Position numbers and translations under genes: made by a program. A stretch of DNA of 64,000 nt, from the sequence record MF459647.1, one strand, 5' to 3'. The notes beneath the pieces are model-generated. The model searched no databases and was not told where the DNA came from. It saw only the letters and a list, made by a program, of their open reading frames with translations. This document shows positions 8,724 through 18,147 of the stretch, in pieces (positions within the stretch are counted from its first letter, which is position 1; every line of letters starts with the position of its first letter).

Positions 8724-8987
8724 ATGAGTATCTTTTGGATTGTTGTTCTCTATACCGCTCTGGTAGTGATTCTTTGTGCGGTCGAGTATAAAGCGTACAT
8801 TCGCAACGGTAAGTTCAAGAAGCGGGCCTTCGCTAAAGACTTCGTACGGTTGTGGACGGTGGGGATGTGTATCATCCTGGCTGCGATTTGGGAAGCCGTG
8901 AAGTTTGTGTTCATCTGGGCTGGTAAAATCATTGACTGGACCTGGGCGTTAATGAAGTTCATCGTTGCCAAAGCTCGACAAGATTAA
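8724..8987 (+). CDS. Small membrane protein
   Basis: Two hydrophobic helices. Confidence 0.65.
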   Translation: MSIFWIVVLYTALVVILCAVEYKAYIRNGKFKKRAFAKDFVRLWTVGMCIILAAIWEAVKFVFIWAGKIIDWTWALMKFIVAKARQD

Positions 8988-8992
8988 TCTCC

Positions 8993-9020
8993 TATTCCTC
9001 TGCCTCACCGCAGAGGAATA
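8993..9020 (+). terminator. Stem-loop with CTCACC loop
   Basis: tattcctctgc-ctcacc-gcagaggaata. Confidence 0.6.
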
Positions 9021-9046
9021 TCCTTAAGCTAATTTAAGAGGTAATT

Positions 9047-9538
9047 ATGCAACCTATCCATGTGTTATACCAAGAGTTCATTGAGAAGCTGCGGGCACTG
9101 ATTGATTCACAAAGCAACTTCGCCAAAGTAGAATTCAAAACCGACAGTCGTTGGCTAACCGTGTGGTGTATGGTCGGCCAAAACGAAAATATGGAACGCG
9201 AATGTGCGTACCGGGTAGAGTATGGTCACCTGGACCGCCGTAACAAGGTCAGAATGCACTTTAAAGAGATTACAGACCTGCATGCTTTCATTCGTACCGC
9301 TATCTGGAAAAATCCTCGCTACGCAACGTTGAGAGCAGATTTCGGCCACAAAGATTTCTTTCGGCAAAACACCCAACGCATGCTCCGGGTAATGAAGCGG
9401 ATGCACGAACCCAAAACGGCTACCACCACCGATTTCTTTAAGGGATGTAAAGGCACGGAAGATAACGGTGCGACAACGGAGTTAGTGTTGCACGTAAAGA
9501 AGGACCACGGCGGTAACGTTTTTGTTGTAGAACACTAA
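9047..9538 (+). CDS. Hypothetical protein
   Basis: gaggt SD; tiles the run. Confidence 0.7.
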   Translation: MQPIHVLYQEFIEKLRALIDSQSNFAKVEFKTDSRWLTVWCMVGQNENMERECAYRVEYGHLDRRNKVRMHFKEITDLHAFIRTAIWKNPRYATLRADFGHKDFFRQNTQRMLRVMKRMHEPKTATTTDFFKGCKGTEDNGATTELVLHVKKDHGGNVFVVEH

Positions 9539-9542
9539 TCTA

Positions 9543-9591
9543 CTCTGAGAGGTCCCTTGTGGGCCTCTCAGAGATATGCTTATTTTTTTTT
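9543..9591 (+). terminator. Intrinsic terminator
   Basis: ctctgagaggtcc/gggcctctcagag stem followed by a T-run. Confidence 0.75.
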
Positions 9592-9592
9592 G

Positions 9593-9600
9593 ATGCTATG
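9593..9600 (+). promoter_or_regulatory. Late-type TATG promoter motif
   Basis: atgcTATG 23 nt upstream of a virion-like gene. Confidence 0.45.
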
Positions 9601-9623
9601 GACTCAACCAAAAGGAACTTAAA

Positions 9624-11105
9624 ATGGAAACCAGCATCAAGTTTAGTGAAATGCCAAAACTCGACTCCATCACTAAGGATACCCTTATCCCTGTTGTAGG
9701 AACAGGGGAAGATGGCCAGCCTGCTAACTTTAGTATTAAAGGGTCAACCCTGTTAGCGTTTGTGGAAGAACTTGCTACCCCTGTTGGGTCAGCTAATCAA
9801 CGTCCTTTCCAGGAATGGCTCTCTCAGCTGGAACGTCGTACCACCTATGACTTCCGACCCGTTCCGGTAATGGCTAATCCTCCGGTAACCTCTCTGGTGA
9901 AATCCCAGGGTGTATCAGGTGCAGGTATTGCTAATGGCGGAACAGGTTATAAGGTAGGCGATAACCTGACGGTCGATGGCGGAGAGTATGGGGTTGCGGC
10001 ACGTATTCGTGTAACCACGGTAGATGCTGACGGCAAGATCACTGCAGCGGCCGTACAGTTAACCGGTACGTACATTACCAAACCCACTAACCCGGTGTCG
10101 GTAACAGATGACGGTACTGGCACAGGAGCTACCTTTAACCTGTCATGGAACCCGGGTATTGCGTCTACTATCTATAACGGTAAGACCTGGAACCGTACGG
10201 ATGAAACCCTGTTTAAGTATCTCGGTTACAACATCAAAGATACTTCGGCAGGTTATCGCGGTAACGGTATTGGTAACGGCACACAGTGCATAATTGAATT
10301 CTTCTGCGACGCTGACTCTATTGACTTCCGTTTCATCGGTGGTAATGCGCAGTACGACCTCTACGTCGATGGCCAACGTATCAGTGACAAACCGGTTCAA
10401 ACAGATTCTTCTGGTGCACCCTACATTTATAACGTGTCATGGCCAACCCCCGTGCCACGTCATTATAAACTGATGGGGATCAATACCGGTTTTGGTGGTA
10501 TCATCACCGCCCAACAATACACCGTGTGGCATCCAGGCCCTCGTCGTCGTCCGTTAGTGTGGCAGCTGGGTGACTCCTACACCTACGGTACCGGTGCAAC
10601 CCAAATCTCCTTCAATGATTTCAAAATCCTGGCAGATATTTTGGGTTTTGATTCCATTGCTGACGGCATCGGAGGTAAAGGCTGGACGTCAACGGATTCG
10701 TCTATCCCACAACAGCGTGTGGCTGACAAACTGGCTATCCTTAATGATACGCCAGAGTATGTCTTTCTCTCCCTGGGGTATAACGACGCCGCTGCGGGCC
10801 GTTTAGAAGTGCTGGAAACCAACTTCCGGGCAACGATGGCCAAGCTGAATGAAGTGGTGCCTAATGCCAAGGTCGTGGTGATCGGTCCTGCTACGCCGAT
10901 GGGTTCTACCAGCAAGATTACCGATATCCGTGCATCCCTTATCAAACTCAGCGCTGAATTCAACCTGATGTTTGTGGATGTGGATAACTGGGTTAGTGCG
11001 GCTAACGCCAAGCTGTATACCTTGAACGATAACACCCACCCTAACGATGCCGGTTACATCTACCGCGGGGTACGTTTAGCTCAGGCGTTGGCGAGTCGTA
11101 TCTAG
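9624..11105 (+). CDS. SGNH/GDSL esterase, probably virion-associated
   Basis: Blocks I GDSYTYG, II GIGGKGW, III SLGYND and V DNTHPN; N-terminal fibre-anchor-like segment and a GTGYKVGD beta-repeat. Confidence 0.85.
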   Translation: METSIKFSEMPKLDSITKDTLIPVVGTGEDGQPANFSIKGSTLLAFVEELATPVGSANQRPFQEWLSQLERRTTYDFRPVPVMANPPVTSLVKSQGVSGAGIANGGTGYKVGDNLTVDGGEYGVAARIRVTTVDADGKITAAAVQLTGTYITKPTNPVSVTDDGTGTGATFNLSWNPGIASTIYNGKTWNRTDETLFKYLGYNIKDTSAGYRGNGIGNGTQCIIEFFCDADSIDFRFIGGNAQYDLYVDGQRISDKPVQTDSSGAPYIYNVSWPTPVPRHYKLMGINTGFGGIITAQQYTVWHPGPRRRPLVWQLGDSYTYGTGATQISFNDFKILADILGFDSIADGIGGKGWTSTDSSIPQQRVADKLAILNDTPEYVFLSLGYNDAAAGRLEVLETNFRATMAKLNEVVPNAKVVVIGPATPMGSTSKITDIRASLIKLSAEFNLMFVDVDNWVSAANAKLYTLNDNTHPNDAGYIYRGVRLAQALASRI

Positions 11106-11110
11106 CATAC

Positions 11111-11118
11111 ATGCTATG
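11111..11118 (+). promoter_or_regulatory. Late-type TATG promoter motif
   Basis: atgcTATG directly after the previous stop codon. Confidence 0.45.
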
Positions 11119-11146
11119 CTCTATACAACCTCATTTTGGTGTCACT

Positions 11147-12025
11147 ATGGATAATACGTTTTTGATCGAGTCTCGGCATGTTGACTGTCAGCTCGATCAC
11201 GCGTCACTCATCGCACAAGGAATGTGCGATACTGTCAATGGCAGTGAGGGGCTCACGGATGCCCAATTGTACCTGCACGGTATTCTGTTTGCTCATGGTA
11301 TTCTGCCAAACCGAATAGAAGGTAATGAAGGAATGGTCGTGGGCTCTCTGTTAAACGAGTTCAGCAAGTTCTTTGACATGATTTCCGATATCTCTAACGG
11401 GCTGGGTAAATTCTTCTCAGGCGATGCGTTAACCAATGAGCTGCTCAAATCGTCAAAAGCCATTGAAAGCGCCGTGACCGGTATCAAGAAGTTAGAAGGT
11501 CAACAGCAACTTAAGTCTTCGCATCAAAGTGATTTGAATAAACTGTTTCGTCGTTTCATTAATGACATGGAAGGCAACATCAAGAAACAGGCGAAGATTT
11601 GTGTGTCCATGGAAAAGGTCGATAAAAACGTCACGGGTAACTGGAAGTACCACGCGATGGTCATGAAGCAAAGTTCCTACCATGAAGAACTGTTGGATTG
11701 GGCAGAGAACCTGGGAACGTTATCGTCAGTGTCAGAAGCCAGTCGTATCCTCAGTAGACTCCAGTCGGTTATTAAAAACATGACGGGACAAATTCGGGAT
11801 GCGAATAAAGCGGCACAAGACCTGGAACATAACCGTCGTCTCTTTCTGCAAGGGAAGCGGATTGAGAACAACAAAGAGAACAAAAAGAACTTAGCACTGG
11901 CTCACACCATGACCGTTTACATGATTGACTTAATCAAGTTAACGAAACAGGACATTGAGCTTAAGATGAAATTCATCAGTGCTTGTACCTCGCACTTAAA
12001 ACCAGGCTGCTTCCAGAAGGCATAA
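11147..12025 (+). CDS. Putative internal head (ejection-type) protein; paralog of 41056..41982
   Basis: GSEGLTDAQLYLHGILFAHGI...GNEG matches GVEGLTHAQEYLHGALYAQGI...GNEG; helical body; start placed at ATG 11147. Confidence 0.6.
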   Translation: MDNTFLIESRHVDCQLDHASLIAQGMCDTVNGSEGLTDAQLYLHGILFAHGILPNRIEGNEGMVVGSLLNEFSKFFDMISDISNGLGKFFSGDALTNELLKSSKAIESAVTGIKKLEGQQQLKSSHQSDLNKLFRRFINDMEGNIKKQAKICVSMEKVDKNVTGNWKYHAMVMKQSSYHEELLDWAENLGTLSSVSEASRILSRLQSVIKNMTGQIRDANKAAQDLEHNRRLFLQGKRIENNKENKKNLALAHTMTVYMIDLIKLTKQDIELKMKFISACTSHLKPGCFQKA

Positions 12026-12032
12026 TGAATAT

Positions 12033-12040
12033 ATGTTATG
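12033..12040 (+). promoter_or_regulatory. Late-type TATG promoter motif
   Basis: atgtTATG. Confidence 0.45.
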
Positions 12041-12087
12041 CTTTATAACAAAGTAGCTTGACTTCTTATTTTGCAAAAGGAACTCAC

Positions 12088-12684
12088 ATGTTTGGACTCA
12101 ACTCCCTCTGGGTCTTCCTGGTGCTGGCTGCTGTGATGGTGGTAGGTTACTACCGTTTCAGCGCTAAGGCCAAGAAGCCTTTCGAGATCATTACCGGGAT
12201 TACCGGTTTCTTCGATGACATTCATCGTAAAGTCGAAGAAGTGATCGCTTATATTAAAACCCTGTCCAAGTACCACCTCGACCTGCATGAGCGAATATCC
12301 GGCATTCTGGATTTGTTCAGCAGCGCGCAAACCGAAAGGGCCGCCGTTGAGCAACGCTTGAAACAACACCTTACTGATCTGGTCGACCAGCGTTTCGCCG
12401 AACTTAAGGAGGGGCTGGATAAACAGACGGAACGAATATTCCACGGTCTGGACATGCATCGCAAGGTTCTGGTTACTGAAGTGACAAGTGCGCTTACCCC
12501 GCCGGAACCCGTGGTGCAACAGCTGACTCCTGAGCCGTCGAAAGACACCGAAGCCTCGCCGTTTAAAGCGGCAACTGAGCTGACGGAAGCGCCGAAGGTT
12601 GATCTGACCCAAAGCGGTCAAGCTGGGTTTGTACCCGAACCGGAAGTAAAAGCGGTGAAAGGCCGTGGGCGTAGCAAAAAGTAA
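12088..12684 (+). CDS. N-terminally membrane-anchored coiled-coil protein
   Basis: TM LWVFLVLAAVMVVGYY; helical body; Pro/Glu-rich tail; SD aaggaa before ATG 12088. Confidence 0.7.
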   Translation: MFGLNSLWVFLVLAAVMVVGYYRFSAKAKKPFEIITGITGFFDDIHRKVEEVIAYIKTLSKYHLDLHERISGILDLFSSAQTERAAVEQRLKQHLTDLVDQRFAELKEGLDKQTERIFHGLDMHRKVLVTEVTSALTPPEPVVQQLTPEPSKDTEASPFKAATELTEAPKVDLTQSGQAGFVPEPEVKAVKGRGRSKK

Positions 12685-12694
12685 GTGATCCCCA

Positions 12695-12723
12695 TACTAC
12701 TCCTCGCAATGCGAGGAGTAGTA
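12695..12723 (+). terminator. Terminator of the tactcct/aggagta family
   Basis: tactactcctcgc-aat-gcgaggagtagta. Confidence 0.75.
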
Positions 12724-12755
12724 GTTACTGTAGTTATTTTTTATTCTTCGTACAA

Positions 12756-12763
12756 ATGTTATG
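12756..12763 (+). promoter_or_regulatory. Late-type TATG promoter motif
   Basis: atgtTATG upstream of phoH. Confidence 0.4.
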
Positions 12764-12810
12764 CACAGCAACCCCGTCCATCATTTTGATGTTTAATAAG
12801 GAAGTATCGC

Positions 12811-13575
12811 ATGACTAAACGTATTAATGCGAAACGTATCGCTCGCCAGTCACGTCGTGAAGATAAACGCGCTAAACTCCAACTGGTGTCCGACCAAACG
12901 CAACAAGAGCGTGTACACGAGCCTGCACCGGCGAAGCGTCTCAATGCTCCTCTGGCTGCTCGTAATCCTAATCAGGAACTGTACATCAATGCGCTGCAAT
13001 CCAAGCGTTTGATTTTCAGCACGGGCAGTGCCGGGGCAGGTAAAACGTATCTGGCCACTTCTCACGCTTGCCGTGAACTGCTGGCAAAAGATATCGACCG
13101 CATCATTGTAACCCGTCCGGTGTTACAAGCAGACGAAGACCTGGGCTTCCTTCCGGGTGACGTCAATGAAAAGTTTGCACCGTATTTCCGTCCGGTATAC
13201 GACGTGCTGCTGGAGCAGCTCGGTGGCTCATTCCTGGAGTACTGCTTGAAACCAGGCATCGAGAAAGTTGAAATTGCACCCTTTGCGTTTATGCGAGGCC
13301 GTACCTTCAAGAACGCCGTGGTGATTCTTGACGAAGCGCAAAACGTGACGGTAAACCAGATGAAGCTTTTCCTGACACGTATCGGGGAAAACTGCACGGT
13401 AATTGTGAACGGCGATATCACCCAGTGTGACCTGCCGCATCACAAACAAAGCGGACTGCAGGATGCACTTAACCGCTTCCAGGACAACGAGCTGGTTGGC
13501 GTTGTTCACTTTACTGACGACGATTGTGTTCGTTCAGACATTTGTGCGCTTGCATTAGACGCATACAGCAAATAA
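12811..13575 (+). CDS. phoH: PhoH-like ATPase
   Basis: GSAGAGKT Walker A; LGFLPGD..EK; APFAFMRGRTF; ILDEAQN; GDITQCDL. Confidence 0.95.
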   Translation: MTKRINAKRIARQSRREDKRAKLQLVSDQTQQERVHEPAPAKRLNAPLAARNPNQELYINALQSKRLIFSTGSAGAGKTYLATSHACRELLAKDIDRIIVTRPVLQADEDLGFLPGDVNEKFAPYFRPVYDVLLEQLGGSFLEYCLKPGIEKVEIAPFAFMRGRTFKNAVVILDEAQNVTVNQMKLFLTRIGENCTVIVNGDITQCDLPHHKQSGLQDALNRFQDNELVGVVHFTDDDCVRSDICALALDAYSK

Positions 13576-13589
13576 AAAAGCACTACCAT

Positions 13590-13617
13590 AACCGCACGGG
13601 GGAAACCCTGTGCGGTT
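13590..13617 (+). terminator. Terminator hairpin
   Basis: aaccgcacgggg-gaaa-ccctgtgcggtt. Confidence 0.7.
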
Positions 13618-13632
13618 AAATGGAACTCAGTC

Positions 13633-13650
13633 CTATATTACTAAGGTGAA
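13633..13650 (+). promoter_or_regulatory. Early-type phage promoter containing exact TATATTAC
   Basis: cTATATTAC-taagg-TGAA; TATATTAC is the reported phiKZ early promoter consensus. Confidence 0.7.
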
Positions 13651-13673
13651 TATAACTGAAGAAAGGCTGTATC

Positions 13674-14192
13674 ATGAGCGACATCTTTAAGCAAGATAGC
13701 CAAGGTCGTTTAATCGGTTATCACGTTGAATGTATTTCTGAGTGCAAGGAAGATGCCCGACCCCAACTGTCGACGTCAACCCTGCAGGATGATAAGCCGT
13801 TGTTCTTGTGTGCACGCAAGAATGATTGGTATCCGTTTCATTTAAAGGAAGCCGATAACTACCGTATCCTGAAAGTAACGTTTTGGTCACCCGGTCAGTC
13901 GGTCACCTTTAATGAGGAGAAAGATTATAAGCAACTGTTTAACATGTTGCGTGATAAAGACAATCCCGACAAGTACCACTTCATGCTAACCCCGTTCGGT
14001 AAGACCTATATCGAAAAGGGGTATCACCTCATCAACCTTCACACCAAACATGAGCTGCAGGAATCCTTCCTTTGGACGCCGTCAACCTATGTGGATGAGA
14101 TTGAAGAGATTGAAGTCAAACCCATGCCGTTGAAGATTGCTGGCATGCCGGATATCGTTAACGTTGTTTATCAAGAGGAACCCCCTGAATGA
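13674..14192 (+). CDS. Hypothetical protein
   Basis: First ORF after the early motif. Confidence 0.75.
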   Translation: MSDIFKQDSQGRLIGYHVECISECKEDARPQLSTSTLQDDKPLFLCARKNDWYPFHLKEADNYRILKVTFWSPGQSVTFNEEKDYKQLFNMLRDKDNPDKYHFMLTPFGKTYIEKGYHLINLHTKHELQESFLWTPSTYVDEIEEIEVKPMPLKIAGMPDIVNVVYQEEPPE

Positions 14193-14542
14193 GTAATAGT
14201 CTAACCCAAGTTTGGAAGTCCCTGAAAGCAGAACATGGCGTACCGGTGGCGTCTGAATTGTTGGTGGGGTATTACGAAGAGCAAGGCGTGAAGTTTGCAG
14301 AGAACTGGGACATGATGCAAAAGAGTCAAGTCATCGCTACGTTCTTTGAAAGCATCCGCACTGTGAAAGGTGGGGTGGTGTTTGATGTCAAGGTGGGTGG
14401 TGAGACATTAAAGGAAACCGTGGACGCAGTATTCCATGCGTTAGCGCAATCCCAACCGGTTACCGTACCCGAAGATTTCCTGGTGTACCCGTTCAGCAAA
14501 CAAGAAAAGAAACAACTCCGCAAAGACCGTTACCGTCGCTAA
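14189..14542 (+). CDS. Hypothetical protein
   Basis: ATGA overlap. Confidence 0.75.
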   Translation: MSNSLTQVWKSLKAEHGVPVASELLVGYYEEQGVKFAENWDMMQKSQVIATFFESIRTVKGGVVFDVKVGGETLKETVDAVFHALAQSQPVTVPEDFLVYPFSKQEKKQLRKDRYRR

Positions 14543-14546
14543 CTCT

Positions 14547-14590
14547 CTACCCTGGGCTCACGCCTGGGGTAGGTAGTCTGCTTTATTTTT
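14547..14590 (+). terminator. Terminator with CTCACG loop
   Basis: ctaccctggg-ctcacg-cctggggtag followed by ctttattttt. Confidence 0.6.
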
Positions 14591-14665
14591 AAGTGTTTTT
14601 TCACGGTGCGTTTAATCTATTGTATTAACTGTTCTGATGAGGATAACTTATAATTATTTTCATCC

Positions 14666-14683
14666 CTACATCATTAAGGTGAG
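14666..14683 (+). promoter_or_regulatory. Early-type phage promoter motif
   Basis: cTACATCAT-taagg-TGAG. Confidence 0.6.
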
Positions 14684-14730
14684 TAGGACACCTGATCTGG
14701 GCAGTTTAATACGTAGGGATTCGACACAAG

Positions 14731-15108
14731 ATGAACCATGTTAAAGTAATAACGGCACTGCCCCAAACCAACGAAGCAATTCGTCAGTTGAAGGAGCTAG
14801 TGAATGAGTTAATCGCTTTGATTTTGAGAACTAAGGATAGAGAATTACAAGAACAGCTTGACCGTCGCATATTGCAACTTCGGTTGTATATTGCTGAGCT
14901 TGAATCTGACGTCGACGTAGGTAGGGATAGATTCGATACTGTGCGGTTTAACCAAGCAGTAAAGGAACAATTTGTACTCAAGCGTAAAGTGAAAAACGCT
15001 ATCCACGAACAGCGGGAGCTAGAGCAGATGAGAATACCCGCCGGTATACTGTTCTTGATTTTCTTACTCCTCGTACTGTCAGCTGCAGTCGCAGGATTTG
15101 TTATTTAA
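14731..15108 (+). CDS. Coiled-coil protein with a C-terminal TM anchor
   Basis: Heptad-like body; ILFLIFLLLVLSAAVAGFVI terminus. Confidence 0.7.
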   Translation: MNHVKVITALPQTNEAIRQLKELVNELIALILRTKDRELQEQLDRRILQLRLYIAELESDVDVGRDRFDTVRFNQAVKEQFVLKRKVKNAIHEQRELEQMRIPAGILFLIFLLLVLSAAVAGFVI

Positions 15109-15170
15109 CTTACCGGACAAATCGTAAAACAATTTGCCCTTAACCCAGTAACCCGTAAAAAGGAAGCGAC

Positions 15171-16202
15171 ATGTCTACACAAACTGTATTAAATAAGTTC
15201 GGCACCACCACTATTCATGACCGTATCGTTAAGCTCACCTCTATGCAACCCATGGTTATCATGGAAATGCGTTTCAGTGAAACGGTCTATGACGACGGGG
15301 GCGTCTTCCGTGGCAATAGCCTGATGTTTATTTGTCCTGAGCTGAAAACCTCGCTCTACATTCAACCTAGCGGTTACGGTGCGCTAATTAAGGCACTGGG
15401 AAATGTGGTGTCGGAGGGTCATCAGAAGTTCAAGGATAACCAAATCCCTAACCGGTTTAGCAATACGGTGGGTGAGGTTACGGTCAGTGTCACCCAACGG
15501 GGTGTCAGTGTCTCTTATAAAGGTCAGGCAAACATGATGGTGTATCGCAGTCCACACGCCAAGGTTACCAGCGAATTTGGAGGACTCAGCAGTCAGAAAT
15601 TGCTGTCCCGTCATATCCAATGTGCTGACGATATCTTGACCGCGTTGATACCTACCGTCGCTGCGGGTGATGCCTGGATTACTAAACGGGCATTGCCAGA
15701 GAACAACGACCACGGTGAGATTGTTCAACCTCACATGCTGTACCGTCAAGTTCCAAGCAGTGAAGCAGGACGCGGATTAACCACCATGTCTATCCTGGTT
15801 CACAAATGCCTGAACTTCACGGAGTCAGTTTACCGTGTTCAGCTTTCTACCTCGAACACCATCCTGAGTTTGTATGATGAGCCCAGTGACCATAACCCGC
15901 GTCCAAAGTGGGTGTTGATTCAGCTGCGGAAAGCCCTCATCACGCTGAAACACCTGATGGAAGATAATCCTGACGTTCCCCAGCGCGTTGACCTGTTTGA
16001 CTGTACTGCGCAGTATGACATGTTCAAAGTGTACAACGGGTACGTGGCGTCGGTTCCCTCTAAACGGGGAATGCGCATTGTCATTAACTACGACTACGTT
16101 CCGGCGTATTCTAAGTTAAGCTGGTTGGACAGTGAGATAGATATGGACGATGTCCTTGCGGCATTTGACCACATCATTGAACACTATCCCGCCGATAACT
16201 GA
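15171..16202 (+). CDS. Hypothetical protein; paralog of 16273..17187
   Basis: C-terminal VDLF...YNGYVA...RIVINYD...SKLSW aligns with the neighbour. Confidence 0.75.
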   Translation: MSTQTVLNKFGTTTIHDRIVKLTSMQPMVIMEMRFSETVYDDGGVFRGNSLMFICPELKTSLYIQPSGYGALIKALGNVVSEGHQKFKDNQIPNRFSNTVGEVTVSVTQRGVSVSYKGQANMMVYRSPHAKVTSEFGGLSSQKLLSRHIQCADDILTALIPTVAAGDAWITKRALPENNDHGEIVQPHMLYRQVPSSEAGRGLTTMSILVHKCLNFTESVYRVQLSTSNTILSLYDEPSDHNPRPKWVLIQLRKALITLKHLMEDNPDVPQRVDLFDCTAQYDMFKVYNGYVASVPSKRGMRIVINYDYVPAYSKLSWLDSEIDMDDVLAAFDHIIEHYPADN

Positions 16203-16218
16203 GACTCAGTCTCTTGTG

Positions 16219-16248
16219 GCAGCAAGGGTAACAGCTTGCTGCTTTTTT
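16219..16248 (+). terminator. Intrinsic terminator
   Basis: gcagcaag/cttgctgc stem followed by T6. Confidence 0.75.
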
Positions 16249-16272
16249 CCATCCCAATAGAAGGGTTTTAAT

Positions 16273-17187
16273 ATGTTTACTAAAGTTGATATGCACCGTA
16301 TCGAACGCGTCGTCTGTGATAACCCACTGGTGACCTGTTCATTCGTTATGTCTGTAGCGGACGATAATGGAAAATTGAACAACGTTTCTCGTTTTGAATT
16401 CCACAACTACAACACCGGTCAGGTTCTACGAATCATTGGCGGTAAAAAGAAAGACCTGGTGAAAGATTTGAAAACCATGTTGGAAAACAGAAACACTAAT
16501 CAACAGGTTGGCGATACCAACAAACGGTTGTTGATTAATGCGTTGGGTGAACGCAAGACGGAAATCAGTTACTCGTTCCGGGGGTATCGTCATGTGTTGA
16601 CTCATGGCACCACGGAATACGTCACCACTGAGCATCTGAAACGGTTGATCGCGATTCTGGACTGGTACATGGAGATGCGTCTTCCATGGATTCACGACGG
16701 GTTCTTTGACAACCGGGTTAAGGTTTCTCCGGACCAAACAGCCGAAGACCTTACCGTACGTATTATCCGTAAGAAAGATTCCAAGAACCCACCGATGGCC
16801 ATTGCATTAGAGAATGACATCAACAACGGTCAACGCACGGTTCGGTTCTTAAACGGAATGTCGTCACTGGTGCTGGTTGATTATACTGCTGGGCTGAAAG
16901 ACACCACCATTAAGAAAGTGCTGGAAAAAATAAGTAATACTTTACTGCACGTTCTAAACTATGACCAGAAATGCCACAACATCGATTTGTTTCATCATTC
17001 CGATGACATCTCTCCGGAGATTTTAACCTACAAAGGTTATGTGGCACTTTCTCAGGATGCCAAGCATCGCCGTGTGGTGATTAATTTCGACCAGAATATA
17101 ATGTGTTCAAAAGCACACTGGGTTCACGAACGTTTCTTTACCAAAGCAGTACAAGAAGCTCTATCTGATATTATCGCGGTTTATTAA
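16273..17187 (+). CDS. Hypothetical protein; paralog of 15171..16202
   Basis: IDLF...YKGYVA...RVVINFD...SKAHW. Confidence 0.75.
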   Translation: MFTKVDMHRIERVVCDNPLVTCSFVMSVADDNGKLNNVSRFEFHNYNTGQVLRIIGGKKKDLVKDLKTMLENRNTNQQVGDTNKRLLINALGERKTEISYSFRGYRHVLTHGTTEYVTTEHLKRLIAILDWYMEMRLPWIHDGFFDNRVKVSPDQTAEDLTVRIIRKKDSKNPPMAIALENDINNGQRTVRFLNGMSSLVLVDYTAGLKDTTIKKVLEKISNTLLHVLNYDQKCHNIDLFHHSDDISPEILTYKGYVALSQDAKHRRVVINFDQNIMCSKAHWVHERFFTKAVQEALSDIIAVY

Positions 17188-17194
17188 GCAGGAC

Positions 17195-17220
17195 CTGGAG
17201 CCTCCGCAAGGGGGCTCCAG
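17195..17220 (+). terminator. Terminator hairpin with a GNRA loop
   Basis: ctggagcctcc-GCAA-gggggctccag. Confidence 0.7.
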
Positions 17221-17282
17221 TAGTAGTACGTAGTACCTATAACTAAAATCAAAAATATTTTCATTTACAAAGGAGAATTATA

Positions 17283-17693
17283 ATGAAAAAGAAAGACACA
17301 ATTACTACCATAGAAGCAGAAGTATTACACAGCATGGCAAACAAATTAATTGCACGTTGTCACGTACAGAATCAAAAACAGTATTCCGCAGAATTAAACG
17401 GTATCTGTATCGACCTGAGTGCACGTTCCAGTAACTACCTGGCGATTTCACAGGGTCGCATGTCTTCCCCGATTTATAACAACGACGCGTTAGAAGTCGA
17501 GTTAGAGGTTTTGAACAGTTACGAAGTTATCATCAAAGGGTTTGAAGTTCCTAGACCCCGTGTATTATCCGGCATTTATGACGTGGAAGATACCGGTGAT
17601 GAAGATGCACCGTGGAACAGTAAGTCAGAATGGATTGTGTTTGGTGGTCTGCTGGTACTGACCGCAATATCCTTCTGCTGGGTCTACTTCTAA
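17283..17693 (+). CDS. Hypothetical protein with a C-terminal TM anchor
   Basis: aaggag SD; WIVFGGLLVLTAISFCWVYF terminus. Confidence 0.75.
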   Translation: MKKKDTITTIEAEVLHSMANKLIARCHVQNQKQYSAELNGICIDLSARSSNYLAISQGRMSSPIYNNDALEVELEVLNSYEVIIKGFEVPRPRVLSGIYDVEDTGDEDAPWNSKSEWIVFGGLLVLTAISFCWVYF

Positions 17694-17748
17694 AAACAAT
17701 AGGTGACCTCGTGTCACCTATTTTATTTTTTATGTGAGGGCGTAATTT

Positions 17749-18135
17749 ATGACGCAACAAGAAGTCTTACAGGCGATTTACGTCAGAGCAGAACTGATTC
17801 ATAAACTGATGGTGTTTGCTAACCTGGCCGTACAACGCTTTCCAAAACCCATGATAATCCGGCTATCACCGTTCATGGAAAACTGTACCGAATGGGTGGA
17901 GTATTTTACTCGACTCATTCATTCTGTTCAACACGACTGGGATGACTCGGTGGAAACCTCCGCAGAGTTTCATTCTCTGTTCAGTAAAGCCGATCTGTTC
18001 CTGCAACGGTCAGCAGAAGAATTGTTGGCGGTGGTAGAAGCTGCTTATAAATGGCGACGCAAGATACTTACGCGTTTCTACCTGACCATCGTATTGTTTA
18101 TCGTGGCGATTGCTTTCGCCGTTATCACCACTTAA
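17749..18135 (+). CDS. Helical protein with a C-terminal TM anchor
   Basis: FYLTIVLFIVAIAFAVITT terminus. Confidence 0.7.
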   Translation: MTQQEVLQAIYVRAELIHKLMVFANLAVQRFPKPMIIRLSPFMENCTEWVEYFTRLIHSVQHDWDDSVETSAEFHSLFSKADLFLQRSAEELLAVVEAAYKWRRKILTRFYLTIVLFIVAIAFAVITT

Positions 18136-18147
18136 TAAGGATAACCC

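Noticed and set aside
12088-12684. Spanin or holin of a lysis cassette
   Set aside because: It has an N-terminal TM and coiled coil, but no nested or adjacent o-spanin lipoprotein and no endolysin nearby
14634-14641. CUGAUGAG hammerhead ribozyme core
   Set aside because: No stem II followed by GAAA and no stem III/UH cleavage triplet in the flanking sequence
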